63,077 nucleotides of DNA, filler included, from Octopus bimaculoides (GCF_001194135.2; 5 parts of 5 records of this genome joined end to end with filler, not necessarily neighbours in it); one strand, 5' to 3'. Shown: positions 15,411-29,187, counted from the whole stretch's first letter. Notes: generated by a model from the letters alone, not told the origin. Made by a program: numbers and translations.

Positions 15411-15659
15411 AAAAGGATAGAAAACATCGAAGGCTGACCAGTGTTTTTACATACAAGTGTTTAGATTACGGTTTCGATTCCTTGCAAAGTCGGTATTTAA
15501 TTAAGCATCAAAATAACCTCTTGCTTTTTGTCAATTGCCACGCAAGGTGAAATAAGTAGCAATTATATTTATTGGGGTATCAAATCAATCAATCCCCACT
15601 TTCCGATAATAGAATGGTTTAGAATGGTTGATCTAATACCACCTTTAGATTCACTGCTG

Positions 15660-16155
<496 letters not shown>

Positions 16156-16642
16156 AAAAATAGTAATAAACAAACAAACAAAATAATGTGGGAAAGAGGG
16201 GGAGAAGGGGAGGGAAATATGCCATGAGAATAAGTTGTAGGGAGAGGAGAGAAGCGGTGCCTGGTGTTGCTATTGATGGGATTGCTCTGGGTTTTCTTTT
16301 TTATTAAGAAACATGGGATACTTTTTTTTATTTATTTTCTTTAATTAGTCAAAAACGGTAGTTTTGGTGAATAAGTATGCGTGCGTTTGTGTATGGATAT
16401 ACATATATATATTTGTGTCTGTGTACACAAATATTGGTGTGTCTCTGTTGGTGTGTGTGTGTTGGTGCGTTTGTGTGTGTGTGTGTGGGTGTGTATATAC
16501 ATGAGTGTGTGTGAATGGGTGTATGTGTTTGTGTGAGTAAGTACCTTGGTGTATGAAGCCTTTCGCACATTATGTATGTTAAGTGCATTTGCATATATGC
16601 GCCTTTGTGTGTAGTCATGTGTTGCTATGTGTGTGTGTGTGT

Positions 16643-16679
<37 letters not shown>

Positions 16680-18472
16680 AGTGCGTGTTCATTTCGTATC
16701 GTCGTTATATTTTTTAGCATATGAATTGAGTGGGTATATCTGCGTATGCATGTAATTAAAACAACGTGTGTTTACATGCATGTGTGCGTGTGTGTGTGTG
16801 TGTGTGTGTTAGTGTGTGTGTGTGTGTGTTCCTGAATGTATGCATGTGTGTACGTTCGAGTCTATGTGTACATGTGTATGGAAACATACATACATACATG
16901 CATACATATACACACACATTCAAATGTGTGTGTGTTTGAGTGTACGTGTGTGTTTGCGTGTATGTGTGTTTTTTGCATGTATGTCTGTGTTTCGTTGGGG
17001 TTTTTTTACGTGTGATTATTTTCATATGCATTATTGTAGGTCTTCGTGTGTGTGCTTGCGCATACATGTTCATATATGAGTGAAATTATCGGTGAGTGCG
17101 TGGGTGGGTATGTTCGCATGTTTGTGTACATACATATGTGTGTGTGTGTGTGTGTGTGTGAGTGTCTGTGTGTGTGTGGGTAAGTGCGTGTAGTGGAGCT
17201 GGAGTAGGGAGGGAGGGTGGGGTACGGTTTGTGAAAAAATAATGGAATGGAGTGATGACTGCAACGTTACTTTCTTTAGAAATGTTTACGTCGTTGCCAA
17301 TTTTTTTTCTTTATTTTCTACATCAGCTAGCCTACCCCCCACCCTGCTATTACACACCCACCATCGTTTGAAAAAAAAAGCAAACAAACAAACAAATAAA
17401 CAAAATCCATGAAGAACATGAAAAGCAAAAAAACTCTAAAAACACAAATTCGACAATAAAAAGGAAAAAGTTAAACCGCCATTTTTTTTTATTTGTTGCA
17501 ATGATGAAGATAATATAATTGCTTCTGTTATATGTTCTCTTTCTTTCTCTCAATATCAAACCCCTCTCCTAATGGGATGTTGTAACAATCATGCATTTAC
17601 TAACATCCATTTTGAGCTGCAAATCGAGAATACTAGATAGTAATTTCAGCGTGCCGTTTTCACCGTTGTTTGTTCTAGACATTATGAGAGGCACCGTATC
17701 TTATACACTAATTAATATCAATATCATTTATAGCTATTGTTTATATTTATTGTTTATACGTATTGTTTATACTTATTGTTTATATGTATTGTTTGTACGA
17801 TATCCAACTTTCTGTTTTCAACGTCGTTGTACTTTGTTAGTTTCCCGATCTGCTGTCATGCTATGATTTATTCTGAATGGACCAAGATGGTTGTCATAGT
17901 ATAGACATTCGGTCCTCTGTATGATGAATATGAATGGAAAGTTTGCTTTGAGTTCCTTGTCAATCTGGACTGGCGTATCTGAGATTATAATAACCAATTC
18001 GTTTATCCAGTTTGGTACAATCTTCAGCCATTTTCTTTTTCGTCATATGGTACAGTAGCCTTATCTATTGACTCAGGCTTTGCAAGTGATAGGCAGCTTG
18101 AACTCAACTCATCTCCTCAATTGTGCTGTTGCAGTACATAGAAAATATCCCTCTGCGTTAGTTATACTCGTCAAATAATCATTTGCCGCTAAGCTATGAT
18201 ATTCTTGCCCCTAATGCCACACAATTCATATCTGATCTAAGTCCTATTCTTGATTTCCATTTTCACTTGTTACTCTCTATTGGATCTTGCAAATCACAGG
18301 TCTCTCAATGACTTATTTCATGCGTCATTGTTTCCACGTTCTTCTGCAGTAAACTTTGGAATTCTGTTATTTATTTTTAACCGCTTACTGAGCGTTTCAG
18401 GAGTTTCACTATTAACCATTGCAATTATTATGTTTTTTATAATATTTAGTTTAATCATATATTTTAATTATT

Positions 18473-18546
18473 AAGGTGACGAGCTGGCAGAAACTTTAGC
18501 ACGCCGGGCGAAATACTTAGCGGTATTTCGTCTGCCTTTACGTTCA
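18473..18546 (+). mobile_element. SINE family A head fragment
   Basis: aaggtgacgagctggcagaaactttagcacgccgggcg. Confidence 0.85.
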
Positions 18547-18781
18547 TTTTTGATAAAAGAAAATTGTGAAAGACGATTTACCAGCCCTGACCATGAATGC
18601 ATTCATATACATGCATATACATGTATGCATGTGTGTATGTGTGTTCGACTGCGTGTATATATGGTTGTGTTGGGGAAATACAGGAGGGGTATATGTCTTC
18701 AGATACACATTGTTTATGTGAATGGGGTCGTTTGAAGAATACGAAAAGGAAAAGAACCTCAGAGGGACAGGTTGAAAAACA

Positions 18782-18994
18782 ATGATGATGATGATGATGA
18801 TGATGATGATGCTTATGACGATGTTGATGATGATGATGACAGCGCAATGACGACAAAGATGACTACGATGTTGATGACGGTGATGAAAATGATGAAGATA
18901 ATAATAATGATAATGGTTCTTATGATGGCAAAGATGATGACGATGACGAAGATGCTTACAAGAACGATGAAGATGACGACGAGCACAACCGTGA

Positions 18995-19031
<37 letters not shown>

Positions 19032-19173
19032 CAACGCCGATGATGATGATGATGATGATGATGATGGCAATGATGATGATGATGACGACGGCGATCAAAC
19101 GTGAGTGCGGCGGTAATGGATGGGAAGGTGAAATAAAAGTAACAGCCTAAAGTGTATTTCATTTTTGTTTTTG

Positions 19174-19210
<37 letters not shown>

Positions 19211-19319
19211 AAAATTTATGACTTTTCCTGTCGGAGAAAAAGTAAAAAGAAATTGAAACGTTTCTAGGGAAATGCAAAATGAAATTCATGCTGATGCTGC
19301 AGCAGTGGTGGTGGTGGTG

Positions 19320-19385
<66 letters not shown>

Positions 19386-19546
19386 TTGGTATAATGATTC
19401 TTATCATTACTTTCCAATACTAATAGAGGGAATGTCTCGCAGAAAGTTTATTATAAACAACAGCAATAACGAAACAATCAACAACCGAAATAACAACATA
19501 ACTATCGATGTGTTGGCTATAAAGCTGTGATTATCATTATTATTAT

Positions 19547-19630
<84 letters not shown>
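18782..19630 (+). repeat. (GAT)n, poly-T, (TAC)n and (AGT)n microsatellite cluster
   Basis: Directly visible; produces false poly-D/Y/T ORFs. Confidence 0.95.
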
Positions 19631-19752
19631 AGTAGTGAGGATGACGATGATGATGATCGTGATGATAAATTAAAATACAACTTGGCTGTGATTCTTCACA
19701 TTTATGTTCTATTCTTTTCTTTATTATAATCGATATTATTAGCACAGAATGT

Positions 19753-19807
<55 letters not shown>

Positions 19808-20843
19808 ATACATACCTGTAGAAAGATGTATGTGCATACAGAAATATATAAGTAAAGATATAAACACACACACACACACACGCGCGCACACACACATATA
19901 TGTATATGTATAGACAGATAGATAGATAAATAGATAGATAGATAGTTAAAGAGATAGATAGATTGATAGATAGATAGATACTATGTTCCACATATGTGTG
20001 TGCGTGCGAATACGAATGTACGTACACACACACACACATATATACATATAAATATACGTGTGTGAGTGTGTGTGTGTGGGGGGTGTATATACACACAAAG
20101 TTACAGTCACATGCACACATACACATATACACAGACACGCACACACAAACATACAAATACACACGGATATATATGAAGTTACATCCAGGGAAGAAAGAGA
20201 GAAGGAGAAGGAAAAATTAGTTATTCATAAATTTTTTTCTCTTAAAATTTTCCATATCAATTGTTCCAATATTCCTTTCATAATATTTCATAATTTACTG
20301 AGATTTTTAAGAATATTTACAAACTTTTTACTGTTTTTATTTCTTTAAATGTAGTTAGATTTTAAAATTATTCTTCGTCTTTGAAGGATTTTTGTATTCC
20401 CTTGATAAAATCGGATATTATTTCTCTTCTACATTTTCCGTTTTATTTTATTATTCATTTTTATTTTGATGTAATTAAACAGCAAACTCTTTTTATAATA
20501 TCTAATTTATTCAGTTTTCTTAGAAGATATGTTTCTATCTACCACTTCCAAACTCTGCTTCTATCATCGACGCCTTCAGAAATTTTCTATAACTTTATAA
20601 TCTCTTTTTACATAATTTTCTCTCTTTCTATTTCCATATATATATATATACATACCCTCATACCTGTCTATCTATCTACCAATATAGATATGAGTATGTT
20701 TAGACGCCTACTCACACACACACTTGTACATGGGTATATATATNNNNNNNNNNNNNNNNNNNNNNNNNNNNNNNNNNNNNNNNNNNNTTAATTAATTAAN
20801 NNNNNNNNNNNNNNNNNNNNNNNNNNNNNNNNNNNNNNNNNNN

Positions 20844-20882
<39 letters not shown>

Positions 20883-20948
20883 TACATATGTATGTGTATG
20901 TATATATATGTGCATATATATTTATATATATATGTATGTGTATATATA

Positions 20949-21061
20949 TAAAGAATAAAATGTTTTGAATGGTACAACAATGCACTATAATAGAAACAAT
21001 GGGCTATATACCTGTTGTATTATAGTGCATTGTTGTACCATTCAAAACTTTTTATTCTTTA
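20949..21061. repeat. Near-perfect fold-back adjacent to (TA)n
   Basis: 43-bp arms with 1 mismatch and a 25-nt spacer. Confidence 0.95.
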
Positions 21062-21537
21062 CAAACAATACACAATGCTTCAAGCGAACTACAATACTCT
21101 CCTGTGTATATATATATGTAAATATGTATATATGTATGTATATACATATGTATATATGCATATATATATAAGCATATATATATGCATATATGCATATATA
21201 TGTATATATGCATAAATATATGTGTAAATATGTATATATGTGTATGTATATATACGTATGTCTATATTTATATATNNNNNNNNNNNNNNNNNNNNNNNNN
21301 NNNNNNNNNNNNNNNNNNNNNNNNNNNNNNNNNNNNNNNNNNNNNNNNNTATATATATATATATATATATTTATTTATTTATATAAGGGCTAGCTACTTG
21401 ATAAATTCTTGTAAGAGAGTTCATCCTATTATTGAATTTATATTTATATATATATGTACACATATATATAGATGCTGGTATCAGACATTGAGAATGAGTG
21501 CTCAAAACCTCATTGGTGGATATTCTGTATTTGCAGT

Positions 21538-21736
21538 TTAACAAGGCTACCCATAGTTTCATGTAATGATAGATCTCTTTACAGTTTTTGAGTATACCAC
21601 ATGGGAATGTCAAAAGTTGTCTCCCTTTTGGATGAAAATACCGAATGGAGATGAGTACCCACGTTCACATGTCGTACACCTGAAAATTGTCAAAAAGATC
21701 TCTCTCCTTACATAAAACCATTGGTAGCCTTGTTAA
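21538..21736. repeat. Diverged fold-back element
   Basis: ttaacaaggctacc... / ...ggtagccttgttaa; arms ~75 bp, spacer ~50 bp. Confidence 0.8.
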
Positions 21737-22350
21737 CGTACAAATAAAGTATAATATATATAAAACATATGTATGTGCACACGTGAGTGTGTGTAGAAAT
21801 ATATATGTATGTGTCTGTTTCTTATGTAATGTTCACAAAAATAATTTCTATTATTGTTGCTTTTTAGGGTTATTGAAACAAGAAACCTTGGGTGAATCTG
21901 CCTAAGTCATTTCTTTGTTTTGAAACAATGGATTCTAGCTTTCTCGTTGCTAGCACATGAAGAGAAAGCTGGCATAAAAAGTCACAGAAGCTTTGTCAAG
22001 AAATCTTACTGGTTTATTTTACTGTTGTTGCTGTAATTTGTAATATACTTTGGTTAATCTGATTTTGGTTGTTGTTTTATTTTTTTTTGTTGTTGTTATT
22101 GCCCCCCTTTTTTCTATCCAGTCCTTCTGTTTCTCTTCTATTAGTCAGACTGTCAATCACTTTGATGTGTTGTCACTGTGACATTTGCCTACATTTTGAT
22201 GATGTTTGTAGACAAGGGTTTAATTTTGAACATCATTAATAAATCTTGAGTGATTTGCCCCTGGCCCTGATCTAACTATATGGATAACCAGGTCCTTCAC
22301 TTTCTACCTAACAAGCATTAAATAGAAAACTAACATCCACACATTACATA

Positions 22351-22405
<55 letters not shown>

Positions 22406-22429
22406 ATCATTATTAATATTATTATCATT

Positions 22430-23623
22430 AAGGAGGGCAGCGAGCTGGTAAAATTGTTAGTATGCTTAGCAACAATTTGTCTTTTTTGTATTCTGTGTTC
22501 AAATTCTGCTGGGGTTGACTTTGCCTTTCATTCTTTCGGGGTCGATAAAATGAGTACCAGTTGAACACTGGGGTTCGATTTAATTGACTTGGCCCCTCCT
22601 CCAAACTGCTGGCCTTGTGCCAAAATCTGGAACCTATTATTATTAAGGTGGGTGGCAAAATTCTTAGTGATGTTTTGTNNNNNNNNNNNNNNNNNNNNNN
22701 NATTATTATTATTATTATTATTAATATCATTATTAATATTATTATCATTAAGGAGGGCAGCGAGCTGGTAAAATTGTTAGTATGCTTAGCAACAATTTGT
22801 CTTTTTTGTATTCTGTGTTCAAATTCTGCTGGGGTCGACTTTACCTTTCCACCTTTTGGGGTCGCTAAGATATGTACAAGTTGAATCCTGGGGTCGATGT
22901 AATTGACTAAACTTCTCCCCCCCCCACAAATTACTGACCTTGTATCAAAATTTGGAGCCATTATTATTAAGGTGATGAGCTGGTAGAATTGTTAGCATGC
23001 CAGACAAAATGCTGCTAAGCATTTTGTCTATATTTACATTCTGAGTTCAAATTCTGCCAAGGTAACTTTGCCTTTAATCATTTCGGGGTTGATAAAATAA
23101 GTACCAGTTGAGCACTGGGGTTGATGTAATTGACTGACTCTCCTTTCACTCCTTAAAAATTTCAGACCTGCTACCTATAGTAAAAAGGGTTATTATTATT
23201 AAGATGAGCTGGCAGAATCAATAGCACGTGGGGCAAAATGTTTTGCGGTATTTCGTCTGCCGCTATGTTCTGAGTTCAAATTCCACCAAGGTCGACTTTG
23301 CCTTTCATCCTTTCGGGGTCGATGGAATAAGTACTAGTTATGCACTGGGGTCGATGTAATTGACTTAATCCCCTCCCCCAACCTGCCCTTGTGGCAAAAA
23401 TTTGAAGTCATTATTATTAAAGTGATGACCTGGCAGAATCATTAGCATGTCTGACGAAATGCTTAACATTCTGAGTTCAAATACAACCGGAGACAATTTT
23501 ACTTTTCACCCTATTTTGGGTTGATAATAAAAAAGCACCAGTCATGTACTGGACTTGATGTAATCAACTTGCTCCCTTCTCCTCCCTTAACAAATTGCTG
23601 GCCTTGTGCCAAAATTGGAACCA

Positions 23624-23655
<32 letters not shown>

Positions 23656-24112
23656 GGCAATGATCTGGCAGAATCACTACCACATTGAACAAAATGCTTA
23701 ATAGAATTTCTTACGGCGAGCTGGCAGAAACGTTAGCATGCCAGACGAAATGCTTAGTGGTATTTCGTCTGCCGTTACGTTCTGAGTTCAAATTCCGCCG
23801 AGGTCGACTTTGCCTTTCATCCTTTCCGGGTCGATAAATTAAGTACCAGTTACACACTGGAGTCGATGTAATTGACTTAATACCTTTGTCTGTCCTTGTT
23901 TGTCCCCTCTGTGTTTAGCCCCTTGTGGGCAATAAAGAAATAAGAATTTCTTACATCCTTGAGGTTCTGAGTTCAAACTCTACCAAGGCCAAGCTTGCCT
24001 TTCATCCTTTTAGAATCAATAAAATTGTACCAGCTGCAATTGACTAGCCCCCCCCTCCTCCCTCCTGCCAAAATTTCAATCCTTCTGCTTATAGTAGGAA
24101 CAAGTATTATTC

Positions 24113-24145
<33 letters not shown>

Positions 24146-24352
24146 GGCAGTGAGCTGGCAGAATCGTTAGCTCGCTGGGCGAAATGCTTAGCAGTATTTC
24201 ACCTGTCGCTGTGCTCTGAGTTCAAATTTCGTTGAGGTCGACTTTGCCTTTCATCCTTTTGGGGTCGATAAAATCAGTACCAGTTATACACTGGAGTCAA
24301 TATAATCAACTAGCTCCCTTCAAAATTTTCAAGGCCTTGTGCCTAGAGTAGA

Positions 24353-24391
<39 letters not shown>

Positions 24392-24631
24392 TATTATTAT
24401 TTAGGTGGTGAGCTGGCAGAACTGTTAGCATGCTGGGCGAAATGCTTACCGGCATATTGCCTGCCACTATGCTCTGAGTTCAAATTCCGCCGAGGTCGAC
24501 TTTGCTTTTCATCCTTTTGGGGGTTGATAAAATAAATACCAGTTGAGTACTGGGGTCAGTCCAATCGACTTACCACCTCCCTGCCAAAAAAAAAAAAAAT
24601 AATTCCAGGCCTTGTGCCTATAGTAGAAAGG

Positions 24632-24671
<40 letters not shown>

Positions 24672-24955
24672 GGGTGGGGAGCTGGCAGAATCGTTAGCAC
24701 ACTGGAGGAAATGCTTAGAGGTATTTCGCCGTTGCTATGTTCTGAGTTCAAAAGGAGAATTGTTAGCATGCTGGGTAAAACGCTTAGTGGCATTTCGTCA
24801 GACTATACATTCTGAGTTCAAATTCTACTGTGGTCAACATTGCCTTCCATCCATTTGGTGGGGTCGATAAAATAATACCAGCTGTGAACTGGTTGATGTA
24901 ATCAAGTAGTCCCATGCCCAAAATTTCAGGTCTTGTGCCTATAGCAGAAAGGGTT
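22430..24955 (+). mobile_element. Head-to-tail array of ~12 SINE family A copies or fragments
   Basis: Heads at about 22430, 22645, 22750, 22969, 23201, 23419, 23654, 23715, 24144, 24403, 24671 and 24756, mostly joined by (ATT)n. Confidence 0.92.
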
Positions 24956-25335
24956 ATTATTATTATTATTATTATTATTATAAGAATTAATAATAGAAAA
25001 TGGTAAAGATGTTGGATGTGGTAATGCATCATATTTGATGCTATATAGTATCTACTTTCTTAACTCACTTCTCAGACTTCAAATTCTCCCAGGGGTAGCT
25101 TTGTTACAGTGTCTCTGGGATTAATGAAATAATTGCTAATAAGTATATATGAGAAAGTCAAAAAGGAATCAACTCCACCCTCTAATCATTCTATCACTCT
25201 TGGGGCCTACACTTCTCTCCTTGAAACAAAACAAAAAAGAAAAGAAATTGAAAAAGAAAAAAAACTATAGAAAAAGTCCTTATTGTTATTATTTGTTGGT
25301 CTTTGAAAAAAATTGTAACAGGTTTTGTAGAGAAG

Positions 25336-25375
<40 letters not shown>

Positions 25376-26899
25376 AAGTGAGGTTTGTTATACTGAAAGA
25401 AGATTACAGCTAAATATTTTCTGTCAGTTTTTAATACTGATAGAATGCAATACTGCCCTCGGTAAAAATACAATGTTTAAAAAAAAAATGTAATGAAATG
25501 TTACAGTGTTTTCAGTATGGTAACGAGTACAGGCTTCACATTGTTCCTAGTAAAAAATTAGGGCCAATTATTGCTGTTGCTAGTCATATCTTTAAACTGC
25601 TATCAGTATTGTCTGTAATATTTATATCAGAATGAGTGATCATAGACTATTTTGCTGCTTTGTAATAAAACTCTTTCATCGGGAACATTTCTTCAAGTGA
25701 GATCTGTTATTGATCCAATTGTTAAATTTTCATGTGACATTTGTAATATATCTTAGAGGCTGCAAGTTAAATTCTTGTGTGTGAATAATCTCTCTCTCTC
25801 TGTCTCTCTGTCTCTCCGTCTCTCTCTTTGTTCATTTGGCTGGAAATTTAGTGCAAAGATAAGTGCATTGGACAGGTTACTTTGTGCTAGTTTGATGTTG
25901 TATATTTGTGAGTTCTAAATCCTGCCAGGGTCAGTTTAGCTTTTCATTTAGCTTTTCTGCAAAGTTGGTAAAGTGAATTATTCATCAAGGAATTTTGCTA
26001 AGAGAGACAAAAAAAAAAAAAAGAAAAGAAAATGTTTGTCTTGAAGGTTTTATTTTACTTACTATATATATTTTTTTTTTGCTGGTTAGTAATTTTAGTA
26101 GTGGTACAGTTAAATATATCAGATAAAAATATGTTAATCCCTTTGAGTCATTTTTAGGCTTCAAGGATTTTTTATTTAATATACTTGAAACCAAGTATAT
26201 TAACCAAGAGGTTAAACAATTTTATAAAAGTACTCGTAAATGGTGTTCTGGAAACAGACACACAAACACACACATGCTCACACACACACATATGCATTTA
26301 ATGCATATTCACTCGTATATATACACACCCTCATACTCACACTCTTATAATCATTAAATAAAAATGTGTTAATTGTTATTATAAAAAAAAAACAACCCAA
26401 ATATAATTGTAAAGAGAAGAGAAAAGTTGACACATGATGAAATTAAAAGCATGGAAATCCTTTTAGTGGATTCTAAACACATTCACACATTCACACATAC
26501 ACATACGTACAGACTCATACATTCATATAAGTGGGGTTTGAAATGCACATACACACATTCATATGTTCATACATACACATGTATTCTCTCAACCACATAT
26601 ACACTCCGATACTCATACCCCAGCCACTCAGTTAATCAGTGAACATTAAAAAAAAAATGTCCCTTGATTGTTAATTTTAAAAGAATATACTTGGAAAAAG
26701 AAATAAATAAAAAAAAAAGAAACATTTAAATGTAAATACAGTCTTGTTTTCTTTTTGTTCAAGGAGTGAGAATTTGAATTAAAAAAAAAAATTTACAAAA
26801 ATTAGACTTCTTTTAGAAAATATTTTGAATGGTTTTCACCATTCTCAAGAATCAATAGGATCGGTGATGAAATAAAATGCAAACATTGGAACTGAATCA

Positions 26900-27126
26900 G
26901 ACGAGATCAAGAAAGCGATTGTATGGTGGCACTAAAATGACAACGCGACTTGGCCAAGAGCTGTAGGGCACCCTAAAACCATATGGCGAAGGACCACTGA
27001 GACAAAGAAAGGAGATGAGAAGGGTGGAGAAGCTGGAATGAGACCAGGACAGCGGCGGAAAACGGAGCTGGCTGGAGAGATCGTGTTGTGGCCTTATGTG
27101 TGTCATGGTATGGAGGGAACTAACTA
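26900..27126 (+). mobile_element. RTE-clade LINE 3' end
   Basis: GHPKTIWRRTTE...GWRSWNETRTAAENGAGWRDRVVALC matches the RTE ORF C-terminus. Confidence 0.75.
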
Positions 27127-27264
27127 AAGGAATTTTGAATTTTGACTCTGCATCTCATTGAATAATGAAAGTGAATGGACAGAGATGATGAACATGTGTG
27201 TGTGTGTGTGTGTGTGTGTACACACGTGCATGTGTGTGTGTGTACACACGTGCATGTGTGTGTG

Positions 27265-27656
27265 TGTGTGTGACTATATTGTAGAGAAGCTTGTGGTCTT
27301 GCGTTCAGTCCCACTATGTGACACCTTGGGCAAGTGTCTTCTACTATAGCCCTAAGCTGACCAAAGCCTTCAAGTGGATTTGGTAGACAGAAACTGAAAG
27401 GAACACTGTGTGTGTGTCTTTGTCTTGAAATCATGTAATGGTTGTAAACATGCATCACCGTCATACAAGTGATGACGTTCATTTCTTGTCTTCTGTGGAA
27501 AACATGTCTGACCATGGGGAAATATTTCCATGCTTGGATACAGGGAAAGGTTGGGAGTAGGAAAGGCATCCAACCATCGAAAATCTAAACTCAACAAATT
27601 CTGCCTGGCTCATGCGAACATGGAAAAATGGACGCTAAATGATGACGATGATGATT
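27265..27656 (+). mobile_element. SINE with family B head and RTE-type tail ending in (GAT)n
   Basis: caccttgggcaagtgtcttctactatagcc core; tail catgcgaacatggaaaaatggacgctaaatgatgac. Confidence 0.8.
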
Positions 27657-27669
27657 TTTATGTTTGAAT

Positions 27670-28030
27670 GTGGAGGTGCAATGGCCCAGTGGTTAGGGCA
27701 GCGGACTCGCGGTCATAGGATCGCGGTTTCGATTCCTAGACTGGGCGTTGTGAGTGTTTATTGAGCGAAAACACGTAAAGCTCCACGAGGCTCTGGCAGG
27801 GGATGGTGGCAAACCCTGCTGTACTCTTCCACTAGAACTTTCTCTCACTCTATCTTCCTGTTTCTGTTGTGTCTGTATTTCAAAGGCCCAGCCTTGTCAC
27901 GCTGAATCTCCCCGAGAACTACGTGTCTGTGGAGTGCTCAGCCATTAGCACGTTAATTGTACGAGTACGCTGTTCCGTTGATCGGATCAACTGGAACCCT
28001 CGTCGTCATAAGCGACGGAGTGCCACGACG
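27670..28030 (+). mobile_element. tRNA-derived SINE family D
   Basis: A box tggcccagtggtt and B box ggtttcgattcc; highly similar to 62741-63077. Confidence 0.9.
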
Positions 28031-28061
28031 TGTATGTACGTATGTAGGTATATGTTTTTTC

Positions 28062-28281
28062 TGAGTGGTTGGCGTTAGGAAGGGCATCCAGCTGTAGAAA
28101 CTATGCCAAATTAGACTGGAGCCTGGTGTTGCCATCCGGTTTCACCAGTCCTCAGTCAAATCGTCCAACCCATGCTAGCATGGAAAGCGGACGTTAAACG
28201 ATGATGATGATGATGATGATGATATTTATATATATCATCGTCATATCGTCATCATTCAACGTCTATCTTCCATGCTGGCAT
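28062..28281. mobile_element. Two RTE-tailed SINE 3' ends, tail-to-tail
   Basis: + tail catgctagcatggaaagcggacgttaaacgatgatg; - tail catcattcaacgtctatcttccatgctggcat, which runs into a gap. Confidence 0.75.
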
Positions 28282-28983
28282 NNNNNNNNNNNNNNNNNNN
28301 NNNNNNNNNNNNNNNNNNNNNNNNNNNNNNNNNNNNNNNNNNNNNNNNNNNNNNNNNNNNNNNNNNNNNNNNNNNNNNNNNNNNNNNNNNNNNNNNNNNN
28401 NNNNNNNNNNNNNNNNNNNNNNNNNNNNNNNNNNNNNNNNNNNNNNNNNNNNNNNNNNNNNNNNNNNNNNNNNNNNNNNNNNNNNNNNNNNNNNNNNNNN
28501 NNNNNNNNNNNNNNNNNNNNNNNNNNNNNNNNNNNNNNNNNNNNNNNNNNNNNNNNNNNNNNNNNNNNNNNNNNNNNNNNNNNNNNNNNNNNNNNNNNNN
28601 NNNNNNNNNNNNNNNNNNNNNNNNNNNNNNNNNNNNNNNNNNNNNNNNNNNNNNNNNNNNNNNNNNNNNNNNNNNNNNNNNNNNNNNNNNNNNNNNNNNN
28701 NNNNNNNNNNNNNNNNNNNNNNNNNNNNNNNNNNNNNNNNNNNNNNNNNNNNNNNNNNNNNNNNNNNNNNNNNNNNNNNNNNNNNNNNNNNNNNNNNNNN
28801 NNNNNNNNNNNNNNNNNNNNNNNNNNNNNNNNNNNNNNNNNNNNNNNNNNNNNNNNNNNNNNNNNNNNNNNNNNNNNNNNNNNNNNNNNNNNNNNNNNNN
28901 NNNNNNNNNNNNNNNNNNNNNNNNNNNNNNNNNNNNNNNNNNNNNNNNNNNNNNNNNNNNNNNNNNNNNNNNNNNNNNNNNNN

Positions 28984-29014
<31 letters not shown>

Positions 29015-29018
<4 letters not shown>

Positions 29019-29187
29019 AAAAATGTATAGTAAATACACAAACGAAAAATAAAAAAAAAACGTATAACGTATAATTGAGTGCACAAACAGACGGGAGACA
29101 GACGCAGAAGGTCCGTCTGTTTGTGTACTCAACATACGTTATACGTTTATTACTTTTCGTTTGTGTATTTACTATACATTTCTTCTC
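29015..29187. repeat. Fold-back element following (TA)n
   Basis: ~78-bp arms, 18-nt loop, a few mismatches and indels. Confidence 0.9.

Noticed and set aside
17860-18420. Possible decayed LINE RT on the minus strand
   Set aside because: Too many stops, and no motif I can align with confidence
22430-24955. CRISPR-like repeat/spacer array
   Set aside because: Units are ~210-bp SINEs in eukaryotic DNA; no short constant repeat and no cas genes
27670-27745. tRNA gene
   Set aside because: Has A/B boxes but no cloverleaf, and continues into a multi-copy body; SINE head
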